From Thermoanaerobaculia bacterium (GTDB lineage Bacteria > Acidobacteriota > Thermoanaerobaculia > Multivoradales > UBA5704): DNA of 64,000 nucleotides. Position 1 is the stretch's first letter. Each line of letters opens with the position of its first letter. The stretch lies in assembly GCA_044226625.1 (NCBI GenBank), contig JBGAGQ010000002.1, positions 64,001 through 128,000 of the forward strand, written 5' to 3'. Both the position numbers and the translations under genes were made by a program. Shown here one piece after another: positions 21,418 through 30,792 of this stretch. The notes beneath the pieces were generated by a model. That model did no database searches, was not told the DNA's origin, and saw nothing but the letters and a program-made list of their open reading frames with translations.

Positions 21418-24400
21418 ATGGCCCGCCAATCGCTACTCTGGACCGCGTTGCCGAACGGCCTTTCCGAGGATGGCGCGGGCGTGCTCGTCTCGGTAATGGT
21501 CTCGCCCCGGCTCGACCCGGAAGGGGATCCCAACCTCCTGAGCAGCTTCGACAAGGACTGGCTCGACTGGCCGGGGACGCTTCGCGCCGCGACGTTCCGG
21601 ATCTCCTATGCCGGAACGGCGATCGAGATCCCTGCGGCCCAGAGGACCGGGCCGAGCCGGGTGGACACGCATTCTTTCGGAGCGTTCGACTCCGCGGTCT
21701 GGAGCGCGGTCTTCCGTCCCGACCTGCCGGTGGCCCCTTATCGGTTCACCGATCTGTCGGACCACGCGGTCGTCTCGTTCGACGCGGTGGAGGTCGGCGA
21801 GCGGATCCGCGATCTCTACGCTCGTCTCGCGACGTCGCCGAGCACGTCCCATGGGGAATTGCCGACCGCCACGGAGTTGGTCGACGACCCCGCCTGGCGC
21901 GAGCTGATCGATGCCGTAACGACGCTCGACCGCGACGACACGACGGTCGACTACCGGACCGGCCTGCGGAAGCCCGACCGGATGTACGAGGGGTACCGGA
22001 AGGGCCGGCTTCCGCTCGCCTACACCCGCTACGCCGAGCTCGGGAAGCTCGCCCTGTTCCACACTCCGGCGCAGAAACCCACCCCCGTGGTCGACCGTCC
22101 ACGCACCGACGATCCCCGCATCGGGGCGAGCTGGATGGAGCACGAGAGGAAACCCCTGCCGACCCCGGCCGAGCTCGCCGAGCGGCTCGATTTCCATCGC
22201 GTCGTCTCGGCGATGAATTCCTACCCGACGCTCCTGCGCAAGCTCGGCCTGGTGGTCGACCTGATCCTCGACCGCTCCCTCCTCGCCCCCGCCGCCGACG
22301 CGCCCTTGGTCGCCGAGGTGCTCTTTCCCGAGGGCGCGCTCTCGGTGCCGAGCGCGCCGAGCGTCTCGCCGGTCACCCACGCCCGGCTCTCGGCCCGCGG
22401 GTTCCGCGCGGTCTCGAATCCGAGCCCGCCGGCCGGGGCGTTTCGCGTTCAGCGGGGACTCGTCGATCTCGATCCAAAGCGGTTCTCGGTACTCGAAGCC
22501 GACGTCGACGGCGGAGCGCTCAAGCTGCTCGGCTTCGCCCGCTCGCTCCGACGCTACGTGGGCGACCTCGAATCGCGGGCGAACCCGGTGACCCGGTTCG
22601 AGGAGCAGACCGGTGCGCCGAGCCTTCGCGGTGCGGGGATGACGCTCGTCCAGACCGGACGCGGCGGCATGCTCGAAGAGCGCTTCGAAGCCAATCGGAA
22701 GAAGAACGAAGCGGCCGAGAAGGCGTTCGCCGATCAGCCCGTCTCAGCGCCCGAACTCTGGGCCGAGGACCTCGTACGCGGCTTCCGGTTCGACGTGTGG
22801 GACCGGACGACCGGGCTCTGGCGCTCTCTCTGCCGACGCCGCGCGCGATATGAGCTTGCGAACGGCGTGGAGGTCGAGCCGGAAGCGGGGGAGGAGGAGG
22901 GGACGATTCGGCTCGGCGCGTCCCGTTCGCCCGAACCCGAGACCAACCCGGTCGTCCATCTGCACGAGGCCGTGGTCAGCTGGAACGGCTGGAGCCTCGC
23001 CGCTCCCCAGCCCGGCCGGGCGATCCTCCCCGACGACGGCTTCGATCCGACGAGCGAAGCGACCCTGGCCGAGGCGCCCCCGGGTATCGAGTTCCGATCG
23101 CTTCTTCAGCCGGTTCGAGGGTCGCTGCCGCGGCTCCGCTTCGGACGTGAATATTGGCTGAGGGCGCGGACCGTCGATCTGGCGGGCAATTCGCTCGCGC
23201 CGCGGACGTCGGACTTCGGGACCGAGCAGCCGGGGCAGCGCGCGCGCCCGTTCCTCCGTTACGAGCCGGTGGCCGCCCCGGTCCTCGCCCTGGTTCGCCC
23301 GGAAGGGGGAGCGACGGAGATCCCGCGGGAAGGGGAGTCGATGCACCGGATCGCGATCCGGAGTCGGAACGACGCGCCGGCCGACAATGCGAGCCCCACG
23401 CCGGAGGTCGCGCGCCGCTTCGCCGTGCCGCCGCAGGTGAGCGTGCGCGAGGCCGAGCTGCACGGCCGCCTCGACACGGACGGTCGGGTCGACGCGAACC
23501 TCTTCGACCTGCTCGCGCACGTGAAAGACCGCGACGCGCACGATCCGGAGGCGACGCTGGTCGAGGAGACTCTGTTCACCTCCGGTCCGCTCGACCCCGC
23601 GCCGGTCGCTTCGCAATGGGCCGTCTATCGGGACGGCCGGAGCCTCACCTACCTCCCCGATCCTCTCGCCGAGGCGGCCGCCGTGCGGATTTTCGGTCAT
23701 CCGGATCTTCCCGACGGCGAGAGTTTGGAGATCCCACTCTATCCGGAAGCCGATGGCGACCCCGCGGTCGCCTGGCCCGAAGCCGCGCCCTGGAAGATCG
23801 AGCTCTTCGAGCAACCCGGCGCCACCCTCACCTTCGACCGCGAAACCCGGACGCTCCGCATCCCCCTTGCGAAGGGCGATCGGGCGACGCTCCGCGTGTC
23901 GATGCGCCTGTCGAAACAGGCGCTTCGGGAGGTGATGGGGATCTGGCGCTGGATCCCCGCGGCCGATCGTGACGCGCTCGAAGCGATGGCGCTCCGTGGC
24001 GAGCACTGGATGCTCACCCCTTGGCGCACGGTGGAGCTCGTTCACGCGGTCCAGCGGCCTCTCCTTGCCCCGGAGATTCTGCGGCTCCAGGTCGACCGCG
24101 ACTTCGGCGCGACCGCGGCGACGCCCTCGTTTCTGGCGAGCTGCAGCTTGAAGAGCACCGATCGGGTGGAGCTCCACGCCGAATGGCACGAGCCGAGCGA
24201 CGATCCGGAGGCGGCGGCGAGCCGCGACATAGGCATCGACCGCGCGCGCGGCGACGTGGCCTTCGCGGTGAAGATCACCGATCCCAAGTCCTACGCGACT
24301 TCGGGGCCCGCGCCGGGGACCCCTGAGCACGACATCCCGGCCGCCGACCGCATCGAAGTCGGCTCGTTCCACCGTCGCGGGGAGCGGCGACGCCACGAGT

Positions 24401-25752
24401 TCGCCGACACCCGCTACCGGCGGATCGAGTACTGGCTCGAAGGAACCACCCGATTCCGCGAGTACCTTCCGGCCGACCTGCTGCTCGAGGGCGGTGGCCC
24501 CGAGACGACCGACGAGCACGTGAAAGTCGTCGGCCCGCGGAGGGTCGAGTGGATCAAGAGCTCGGCGCCGCCTCCCGCGCCGGGGATCCTCTACGTCGTG
24601 CCGACTTTTGGCTGGGTTCGGACGGAAGACGAACGGGGCAACGCTTCGAGCTGGCGCCGCGGGGGTGGCCTGCGCGTCTATTTCGAGCGGCCGTGGAACG
24701 TCTCGGGTTACGGGGAAATGCTCGCCGTGGTCCTTCCTCCGGCGGACTTCGCGGGCGATCCCGATCGCGAGCCGGCATCGAGCCCGCTCAAGAATCAGGT
24801 AACCCAGTGGGGCAACGACCCGATCTGGGATTCGGCGTTCGTTTCCGGCCTCGCGCCGAAGCGGGAAAGCTTCCCGCTCGCGCGCACCGGACCCGACCTC
24901 ACGGCCGCCTGGCTACCCGCGGGTGCGCCGGTGACCGAAGCCGATCAACCCCCCGCGCCGTTCCAGGTCCGGGACCTCCGCACGCCGAACGGAGCCCCGG
25001 TCGAGGTGGCGCCGCACGACGCCTTCTACGATCCGGACCGCAAGCTCTGGTACTGCGACATCGAGGTGAGCCAAGGAGCCTCTTACTGGCCGTTCCTCCG
25101 CCTCGCGCTCGCGCGCTACCAGCCGGTCTCAGTCCCGGGGGCGCATCTCTCTCAGGTCGTGCTCGCGGATTTCATGCCACTCACGGCCGACCGCTGGCTG
25201 AGCGTCAACCGGACCGACGATCCGCGGCGGCGGACCGTCTCGGTGTCCGGTTTCACCTCTGACGATTCGAGCGGCCACCGGGAGTCGCCCTCGATCTCTC
25301 CGTCCGGGGTGATCGAGGTCTGGGTCGAGCGGCTCGAGCCGGAACTCGGAGAAGACTTCGGCTGGCGCCGGGAGACCGGCGCGGTCGTTCAACCCAAGGC
25401 TTCAATCGCTGGAGCCGTCGCGGGCGGGCTCGCCGAGCAGGCGTTCGAACGGACGTCCGCCCTCGCCGGCCGCTTCGTCCCCGCCGATCGCCTCTCGCAG
25501 GGCCTGGAGCTCTACCGGGATCGCCGCTACGCCGAGCTCGCCTCCGAACGGCTAGTGGAGGAGATCTTCCCGTTCCTGTTCCTCTGGCGCGGGGAGGTAA
25601 CCCTCCCGGCAGGCGCGCGCGATGGTGAGAGATACCGGCTGGTGATCGCCGAGTACGAGGAGTACCTCGTCGACGATCGGGAGTCCGACGATCCGTCGGC
25701 GACGCAGAAGGGCCGCCGGCTGGTGTTCGTGGAGCACGTGGAGCTGAGGTAG
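21418..25752 (+). CDS. Large hypothetical protein (~1444 aa)
   Basis: ATG 2 nt after the upstream stop, preceded by GAGGGG; begins MARQSLLWTALPNG; function not recognised. Confidence 0.8.
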   Translation: MARQSLLWTALPNGLSEDGAGVLVSVMVSPRLDPEGDPNLLSSFDKDWLDWPGTLRAATFRISYAGTAIEIPAAQRTGPSRVDTHSFGAFDSAVWSAVFRPDLPVAPYRFTDLSDHAVVSFDAVEVGERIRDLYARLATSPSTSHGELPTATELVDDPAWRELIDAVTTLDRDDTTVDYRTGLRKPDRMYEGYRKGRLPLAYTRYAELGKLALFHTPAQKPTPVVDRPRTDDPRIGASWMEHERKPLPTPAELAERLDFHRVVSAMNSYPTLLRKLGLVVDLILDRSLLAPAADAPLVAEVLFPEGALSVPSAPSVSPVTHARLSARGFRAVSNPSPPAGAFRVQRGLVDLDPKRFSVLEADVDGGALKLLGFARSLRRYVGDLESRANPVTRFEEQTGAPSLRGAGMTLVQTGRGGMLEERFEANRKKNEAAEKAFADQPVSAPELWAEDLVRGFRFDVWDRTTGLWRSLCRRRARYELANGVEVEPEAGEEEGTIRLGASRSPEPETNPVVHLHEAVVSWNGWSLAAPQPGRAILPDDGFDPTSEATLAEAPPGIEFRSLLQPVRGSLPRLRFGREYWLRARTVDLAGNSLAPRTSDFGTEQPGQRARPFLRYEPVAAPVLALVRPEGGATEIPREGESMHRIAIRSRNDAPADNASPTPEVARRFAVPPQVSVREAELHGRLDTDGRVDANLFDLLAHVKDRDAHDPEATLVEETLFTSGPLDPAPVASQWAVYRDGRSLTYLPDPLAEAAAVRIFGHPDLPDGESLEIPLYPEADGDPAVAWPEAAPWKIELFEQPGATLTFDRETRTLRIPLAKGDRATLRVSMRLSKQALREVMGIWRWIPAADRDALEAMALRGEHWMLTPWRTVELVHAVQRPLLAPEILRLQVDRDFGATAATPSFLASCSLKSTDRVELHAEWHEPSDDPEAAASRDIGIDRARGDVAFAVKITDPKSYATSGPAPGTPEHDIPAADRIEVGSFHRRGERRRHEFADTRYRRIEYWLEGTTRFREYLPADLLLEGGGPETTDEHVKVVGPRRVEWIKSSAPPPAPGILYVVPTFGWVRTEDERGNASSWRRGGGLRVYFERPWNVSGYGEMLAVVLPPADFAGDPDREPASSPLKNQVTQWGNDPIWDSAFVSGLAPKRESFPLARTGPDLTAAWLPAGAPVTEADQPPAPFQVRDLRTPNGAPVEVAPHDAFYDPDRKLWYCDIEVSQGASYWPFLRLALARYQPVSVPGAHLSQVVLADFMPLTADRWLSVNRTDDPRRRTVSVSGFTSDDSSGHRESPSISPSGVIEVWVERLEPELGEDFGWRRETGAVVQPKASIAGAVAGGLAEQAFERTSALAGRFVPADRLSQGLELYRDRRYAELASERLVEEIFPFLFLWRGEVTLPAGARDGERYRLVIAEYEEYLVDDRESDDPSATQKGRRLVFVEHVELR

Positions 25753-25784
25753 AGGGAAGGCGAGGGAGAGCCAACGGCTCGAGA

Positions 25785-25811
25785 GGCCCGCCCCGATTCG
25801 CGGGGCGGGCC
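25785..25811. terminator. GC-rich hairpin between convergent genes (probable bidirectional terminator)
   Basis: GGCCCGCCCCG-attcg-CGGGGCGGGCC: perfect 11-bp stem, no clear U-tract. Confidence 0.6.
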
Positions 25812-25820
25812 GGACCCGCG

Positions 25821-26000
25821 TCAGCAGCTGGTGCAGTTCGTCCAACGGAACGTCGCGCACTGTCCGATCGATTCGATGGGACAAATGCAGTCGCTCCGTT
25901 GGCTCCCGACCCCGCCCTGGGCCGCTTGGAGAGCGCGCCGGCTCAAGGACAGTAAGGTTTCACGATGGAGTCCGAGCTTCTTGGCCTGTTTCGTCTTCAT
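25821..26000 (-). CDS. 59-aa RiPP (lanthipeptide-like) precursor with double-glycine leader
   Basis: Manual translation: MKTKQAKKLGLHRETLLSLSRRALQAAQGG|VGSQRSDCICPIESIGQCATFRWTNCTSC. GGAGG RBS 4 nt upstream of ATG; hairpin immediately downstream; absent from the ORF track because it is <60 aa. Confidence 0.85.
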   Translation of the reverse strand: MKTKQAKKLGLHRETLLSLSRRALQAAQGGVGSQRSDCICPIESIGQCATFRWTNCTSC

Positions 26001-26134
26001 GAGACCTCCGGAGTTGATGGTTCGCTAACTCTATCCCGGTCCGCGGAGTGAGAGTTCCTTGCTCCGATTGACGGCATCCACGTCTGCGCATGTCCGCGGG
26101 CCTCGCGTCTACGCCTGCCGTCCGGGAGAGACGA

Positions 26135-26809
26135 CTAGACAGGTAAGTGCCATCGCAGTCCGTAGGGAAGCTCGCGCGGTCCGAAGAGAAAGTGAAGAAC
26201 GCGGCGCTGGTTCGTTCCGACCGCCTTCGAGGAGGCGTGAAGTAAAAGCGGTCGCAGGAGAAGGGCGCCGCCCCGCTCCACAGAACAGATGACGGCTGCC
26301 TCTGCCTGGCGAAGGGCGTCCACGGTCGCTCGCTCGATCCGCCCCTGTCGGTGTGACCCCGCGATCACCTGGAGCGGACCATCGTTCGGTCCGCAGGGAT
26401 CCAGATGGAGACGTAGAGCCACCAGCCGCTCCAAGATTTCGGGTGGAGGCTGAACGAACAGCGTTCCTTCTTTCGTGGACCAGCCGCGAAGCTCGGTCGC
26501 TTCGACCCGCTCCGCCACCGGGATGCTCAAGTCCTGATGGAACGGAACGAGCCAATTGCGAGAAGCGGACTTCGCAAAGTAGGTGCACTGCGTCGCGACG
26601 TAATCCGAGGGAACGAGATTCTCGACCTGGGTGCTTTCCCGAATCCGAACCGACAGCGCGGTGCACCAATCGAGCGAAAGGAGAGACCGCGAACCGGCGG
26701 ACTCCGCCAGGTCGTCGGTGATCCTCCCGAGAATCTCCTCGCATTCGGCCTCGCTGAGAAGACCGGGAAGGACTTCGAATCCGCGCGAGGAAAACGAGTC
26801 CGTCAGCAT
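26135..26809 (-). CDS. Phytanoyl-CoA dioxygenase (PhyH)-family Fe(II)/2-oxoglutarate dioxygenase
   Basis: 'NWLVPFHQD' HxD motif, 'RLHLD...NDGPLQVIAGSH', distal 'LLLHAS', 'RRVLH'. Start taken at MLTDSF. Confidence 0.88.
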   Translation of the reverse strand: MLTDSFSSRGFEVLPGLLSEAECEEILGRITDDLAESAGSRSLLSLDWCTALSVRIRESTQVENLVPSDYVATQCTYFAKSASRNWLVPFHQDLSIPVAERVEATELRGWSTKEGTLFVQPPPEILERLVALRLHLDPCGPNDGPLQVIAGSHRQGRIERATVDALRQAEAAVICSVERGGALLLRPLLLHASSKAVGTNQRRVLHFLFGPRELPYGLRWHLPV

Positions 26810-26862
26810 GGATGGCGCATCAGGTGATGTGACGGGGGTGTTTCGCGGTTTCGCTGGTGCCT

Positions 26863-27921
26863 TTACGGGTTCAGCCACCGTGCCGCCGCGTCCGAGCCGA
26901 GGACCCGGCGCCCCTCCTGACAGCGCGGGTCCTGCCCGGTTCGTCGTGCCAGCGCTTCGAGGGCATAGTCGCGGAGGCGAACGTCCGGCACGGTCGTGGT
27001 CTTCGGCTGCAGGTAGGCCTTGAGCAGCGGCAGGTCGGCCTCCGTTCCGAGGGCACCGGCCATCAGGACCATTCGCTCGCGCACCCACCACCAGAATTCG
27101 TCGTCGAGGGGGAGGTTTGAAAAGAGGCGCGAGAACTCCTTGTGAAGCTCCACTGGCGGAGGTGAGGAAGGGGTGTTATCGGGCTGCTTGAAGGCGTCGT
27201 TTAGAAAACTGGCCGCCGCGCTGGAGCGGGCGAAACGGCCCGACCTACCGGGCGAGGCGTAGCCCGCCCAATGTTCCGAAACCCGAATCGGCGGGTCGCC
27301 CGCCTCCACGATGTCCGCCGAGACGACGAAGTCGACATCCGAGCCTCCGTCGACTCCGCCGATCCTTCCGAACACCATTCCGGAGTCGACGAGCTCCTCG
27401 TACGGGTCGTCGAGGTACTTCTTCTCGAACACGCGGACGAACAGCGCCGCGCGCGCGGCGAGCAGCGCTGCCCGGGCCGACTCCACGGGCACGCTCCAGG
27501 TCTTACAGTCGACGATCGAGACGCGAGAAGGTGGGCACACCCAGTTGCCGTCTTGGCCGAGCCGCAGTACGCATTCGGTCGTGGTAGCCCGGTCGCCTTC
27601 GATCTTCGCGTGCTGCAACCAAAGATGAGCTCCGGCCGGATTCCCGTTCGAATCGAAAGCCACCAGCGCGTGCCCGGAGCCGTTCACCCAGGTGGCCTCG
27701 ACCGGCTGGCCGCGCTTCGCGATCTCGTCGCGGGGCGGCTCGGCGTCCCAAGTCTTGCTCCCGGCGAACTGCTCGATGACCTGGCGGACCTTCTCGGTGG
27801 CTTGTGTGTAGAGCGGGTTTGGACCCGGCGCCGGGCCCTCGTCCGCCGCGGCCGACCCGGCGAACGTCGACAGCGCCGCGAGGAGGACGAAGCTCCCTCG
27901 ACAGCCTTTCGTGATGTCCAT
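26863..27921 (-). CDS. Hypothetical secreted protein with HEAT-like helical C-terminus
   Basis: Signal peptide ending AAA-DE; 352 aa; C-terminal 'LGTEADLPLL...RDYALEAL'. Confidence 0.65.
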   Translation of the reverse strand: MDITKGCRGSFVLLAALSTFAGSAAADEGPAPGPNPLYTQATEKVRQVIEQFAGSKTWDAEPPRDEIAKRGQPVEATWVNGSGHALVAFDSNGNPAGAHLWLQHAKIEGDRATTTECVLRLGQDGNWVCPPSRVSIVDCKTWSVPVESARAALLAARAALFVRVFEKKYLDDPYEELVDSGMVFGRIGGVDGGSDVDFVVSADIVEAGDPPIRVSEHWAGYASPGRSGRFARSSAAASFLNDAFKQPDNTPSSPPPVELHKEFSRLFSNLPLDDEFWWWVRERMVLMAGALGTEADLPLLKAYLQPKTTTVPDVRLRDYALEALARRTGQDPRCQEGRRVLGSDAAARWLNP

Positions 27922-28064
27922 GGGAAGGTGATTCTAGACCGCTTGACGATTCCCCGACTTCAGATTCTGTTTCCCTAGCGAAGGAGCGACTCTTCGACTC
28001 CGCGGGGGCATTCCAGGCGACCTGAAGCGCTGCGGTAACATGCGCCCGCTTTCTGAGACCGCTT

Positions 28065-29117
28065 ATGCCAACGCCTGCCGCTCGCTCCCTCCCTCCCGGC
28101 CAAACGGTCACCCAGAAGTTTCCGCTCGTGGGCGAGCAGGCGCCGTCCCAAGAGGCGCTCGATCTCGCGCGATGGGAGCTTGTGGTCGAGGGCCTCGTCG
28201 AGAGGCCGCTCCGTCTCTCGTACGCGGAGGTTCTCGCGCTGCCGCAGGACGAGATTGTGGCGGACATCCACTGCGTCACGAGTTGGAGCCACTTCGACAT
28301 GCGGCTGGGGGGCACCCGCCTCGCTGTCCTCCTCGAACGGACACGACCTAAGCCGGAGGCAGCGTTCATTCGGTTCGAGGCGTATTCGGTCCGCCGGCAC
28401 GACACGTCGCTACCGCTCGAGCTAGCGCTCGCGGACACCTGGCTGATCCACTCCCGGAACGGCGAGCCGCTCTCCACGGAGCATGGCTATCCGCTCCGCA
28501 CGGTGACACCGTCGCGCTACTTTTACAAGAGCCTCAAGTGGGTGCATCGGATCGAGCTCCTCGCCAAGGATCGCCTGGGGTACTGGGAGCGCGAGTCGAG
28601 CTACCACAACGAGGCCGACCCTTGGCCCGGCGACCAGCGGTTCGTGAGTGGATCGCTACCGCCGGAGAGGCTCGCGGCGCTTCGCGAAGCGGAGAGCTTC
28701 GTCCCGTACCGCGGGCCGAAGAAGGTCATCCTGAGCGCCGACCTCCGCGATTGGAGGCCGAGGACTCGCGATCTGGGAGACCTTCACCTCAAGAACTGCG
28801 ATCTCCGGGGCGCCCACCTCGACGGCGCGAACCTCGAGCGGGCGAACTTGAGCCTCTCGGATCTCCGCGGCGCGAGCCTCACCGGAGCGAACCTCCGCGG
28901 CGCCGACCTTGAAGGGGCGAACTTGGCCGGTGCCAACCTCACCGGAGCGGATCTCCGGGAGACGGCGCTCTCCGCGACGAAGTTCTTCGAAACCGGAGCG
29001 GACGGAGCGCGATCGGGAGCTAGAGTTGAAGGGATGCGCTGGGACGGGGCGCGCGAGATCCTGGAGGCGCAGGATGCCTATTTGAGGCAGGCGGCAAGCC
29101 GAGACGCCGCCTTCTGA
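28065..29117 (+). CDS. Sulfite-oxidase-like molybdopterin oxidoreductase domain fused to pentapeptide repeats
   Basis: 'LPPGQ', 'DIHCVTSWS' (Mo-ligating Cys), 'EHGYPLR', 'YFYKSLKW', 'GYWE', followed by A(N/D)LxG repeats. Confidence 0.88.
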   Translation: MPTPAARSLPPGQTVTQKFPLVGEQAPSQEALDLARWELVVEGLVERPLRLSYAEVLALPQDEIVADIHCVTSWSHFDMRLGGTRLAVLLERTRPKPEAAFIRFEAYSVRRHDTSLPLELALADTWLIHSRNGEPLSTEHGYPLRTVTPSRYFYKSLKWVHRIELLAKDRLGYWERESSYHNEADPWPGDQRFVSGSLPPERLAALREAESFVPYRGPKKVILSADLRDWRPRTRDLGDLHLKNCDLRGAHLDGANLERANLSLSDLRGASLTGANLRGADLEGANLAGANLTGADLRETALSATKFFETGADGARSGARVEGMRWDGAREILEAQDAYLRQAASRDAAF

Positions 29118-29141
29118 TCGCTCTCCCGCCGTGACGGCTCT

Positions 29142-29402
29142 TTAGATCTCGCTCGGCTTCGGCTTGCGGACGACTCTCAAAGACTCCCGATCGCAAGCGC
29201 CGAACGCTTGGAAATTCCGGCGCGCCTCCGTGAGGCTCAGGCTGCCGTTCGGCCCGCCGCGGACGAACTCGGCATCCGCGTCGTCCTGCCCGTCATCCTC
29301 CCAATTGCAGACGGGACAGATCTCGAAACCACCGCGATCGTCCAGCGTGCGAAAGCCGCAACAAGGGCAGGGGACGCGCTGCCGAGGCTCTGAGTCTTGC
29401 AT
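29142..29402 (-). CDS. CPCC-family cysteine-rich protein (86 aa)
   Basis: CPCCGFRTL...EICPVCNWEDDG...GGPNGSLSLTEARRNF. Confidence 0.88.
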   Translation of the reverse strand: MQDSEPRQRVPCPCCGFRTLDDRGGFEICPVCNWEDDGQDDADAEFVRGGPNGSLSLTEARRNFQAFGACDRESLRVVRKPKPSEI

Positions 29403-29430
29403 GGCTCTTTCCGAAAAAGCTCTACGTCCC

Positions 29431-30435
29431 TCAGTACTCCAACTTCCTTTTCGCCCCGACGATCGCCTCGTCGATCCTCTCGATCGAGAGATTCTCCGCT
29501 CCGCGTCCAGCCGGGTAGAACGGCCGCCCGTACATCGAAAACGTTTCCGTCCGCAGATGGGCGATCGTCTGGTGGCCGCGGCGGGTCGCTCGTTCGTGTC
29601 GAAGGGCGGAGATGTCGATCGGGGCGACGACGATCTTCTCACCCGGACCGGGGTCGGCTTGGGCGAGGAGGCGTCCTTCGAAATCGACCACCATGCTGCC
29701 GCCCGGCCAGGAGAACGGGGGATAGTGCGACAGGCTCGCCGCCTGGTTCGAGGCGACGACGTAGGCGACGTTCTCGATCGCACGGCAGCGGTTGACCACC
29801 GTCCACCAGTCCATCGGCGCGGTGGCGCCCCAAGGGTCCATGTAGGCGGAGACGCGGATCAGCACCTCCGCGCCGTTCGCCGTGAGCTGGCGGAGCGTCT
29901 CGGGGAACAGCCAGTCGTAGCAGATCGCGGCTCCGAGCTTCCCGATGGGTGTCTCCACCACCGGATAGATCTCCTCGGCATAGCCCGGCAGGTCGTGCGG
30001 GCTCGCGTGGACCTCCCATGGAATCCAGGGGTTCACCTTTCGATACTTGGCGAGGATGCCTCCTGGCCCGATCAAGCAGGTCGTGTTGAAAACCACGGGG
30101 CCGTAGGCGTCGTCTCGTTCGAGAAACGTCCCCGTCTGGATGTAGACATCGAGCTCCTTGGCTTTCTCGACGTAGCGCTCCGTGTGCTCGTTCGGAATCG
30201 GGATCGCGAGCTTGTCGAGCAGCTCTTGGGCTGTCGTATAGACCGGAGCCGCGTGGGCGAACTCCGGGAACGCGAGGAGCTTGACCGGCAGGAACGGCGC
30301 GTAGCCGCCGACCGCCTGATCGACCATCGTGAGCATCCGGTCGACGTGGCGCTTGATCCCGCGCCGGTCCGGCGGATTCGGAAAATCGACCTGGCAGGCG
30401 GCGGCGGCGTAGCGGAGGGGTTGGGGGTCGGTCAT
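29431..30435 (-). CDS. Nitrilase-related carbon-nitrogen hydrolase
   Basis: Catalytic triad motifs FPE, YRK and ICYD. Confidence 0.92.
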   Translation of the reverse strand: MTDPQPLRYAAAACQVDFPNPPDRRGIKRHVDRMLTMVDQAVGGYAPFLPVKLLAFPEFAHAAPVYTTAQELLDKLAIPIPNEHTERYVEKAKELDVYIQTGTFLERDDAYGPVVFNTTCLIGPGGILAKYRKVNPWIPWEVHASPHDLPGYAEEIYPVVETPIGKLGAAICYDWLFPETLRQLTANGAEVLIRVSAYMDPWGATAPMDWWTVVNRCRAIENVAYVVASNQAASLSHYPPFSWPGGSMVVDFEGRLLAQADPGPGEKIVVAPIDISALRHERATRRGHQTIAHLRTETFSMYGRPFYPAGRGAENLSIERIDEAIVGAKRKLEY

Positions 30436-30792
30436 AGGTCGTCCGTGCCACGCCGGGAAGCGCGGGGCGGCGACACCCTGTGACAGCAGCGGGCGAGGAT
30501 CCGCTAGAGAGTTTACTCCAAAGGCGGAAAGCGTCCCAACGTTTTGAACCCGGCCCGGGGTCCTGAAAGGGGCTCATGCCGATCCTCGGCTTCTGAGCGC
30601 ACCCCCGGAGATCCGGACCGTCTCATCTCCGTACGACCTATCTCGGCACTTTATCGCGCGTGCAGGTCTTGCGTCCGTCAAATAGACTGCAGTGTAGTTC
30701 GAAGCCCATTCGCCAAGGCCGCGAGGGGAGGGTCCAACCTGAATTTGGGTTCCGGAACCGTTCGTGGGATATGCCACGCAGGCTTGTGGCTC

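Noticed and set aside
25831-26028. Plus-strand 65-aa ORF in the track
   Set aside because: Antisense to the better-supported precursor gene, which has an RBS, leader motif and hairpin.
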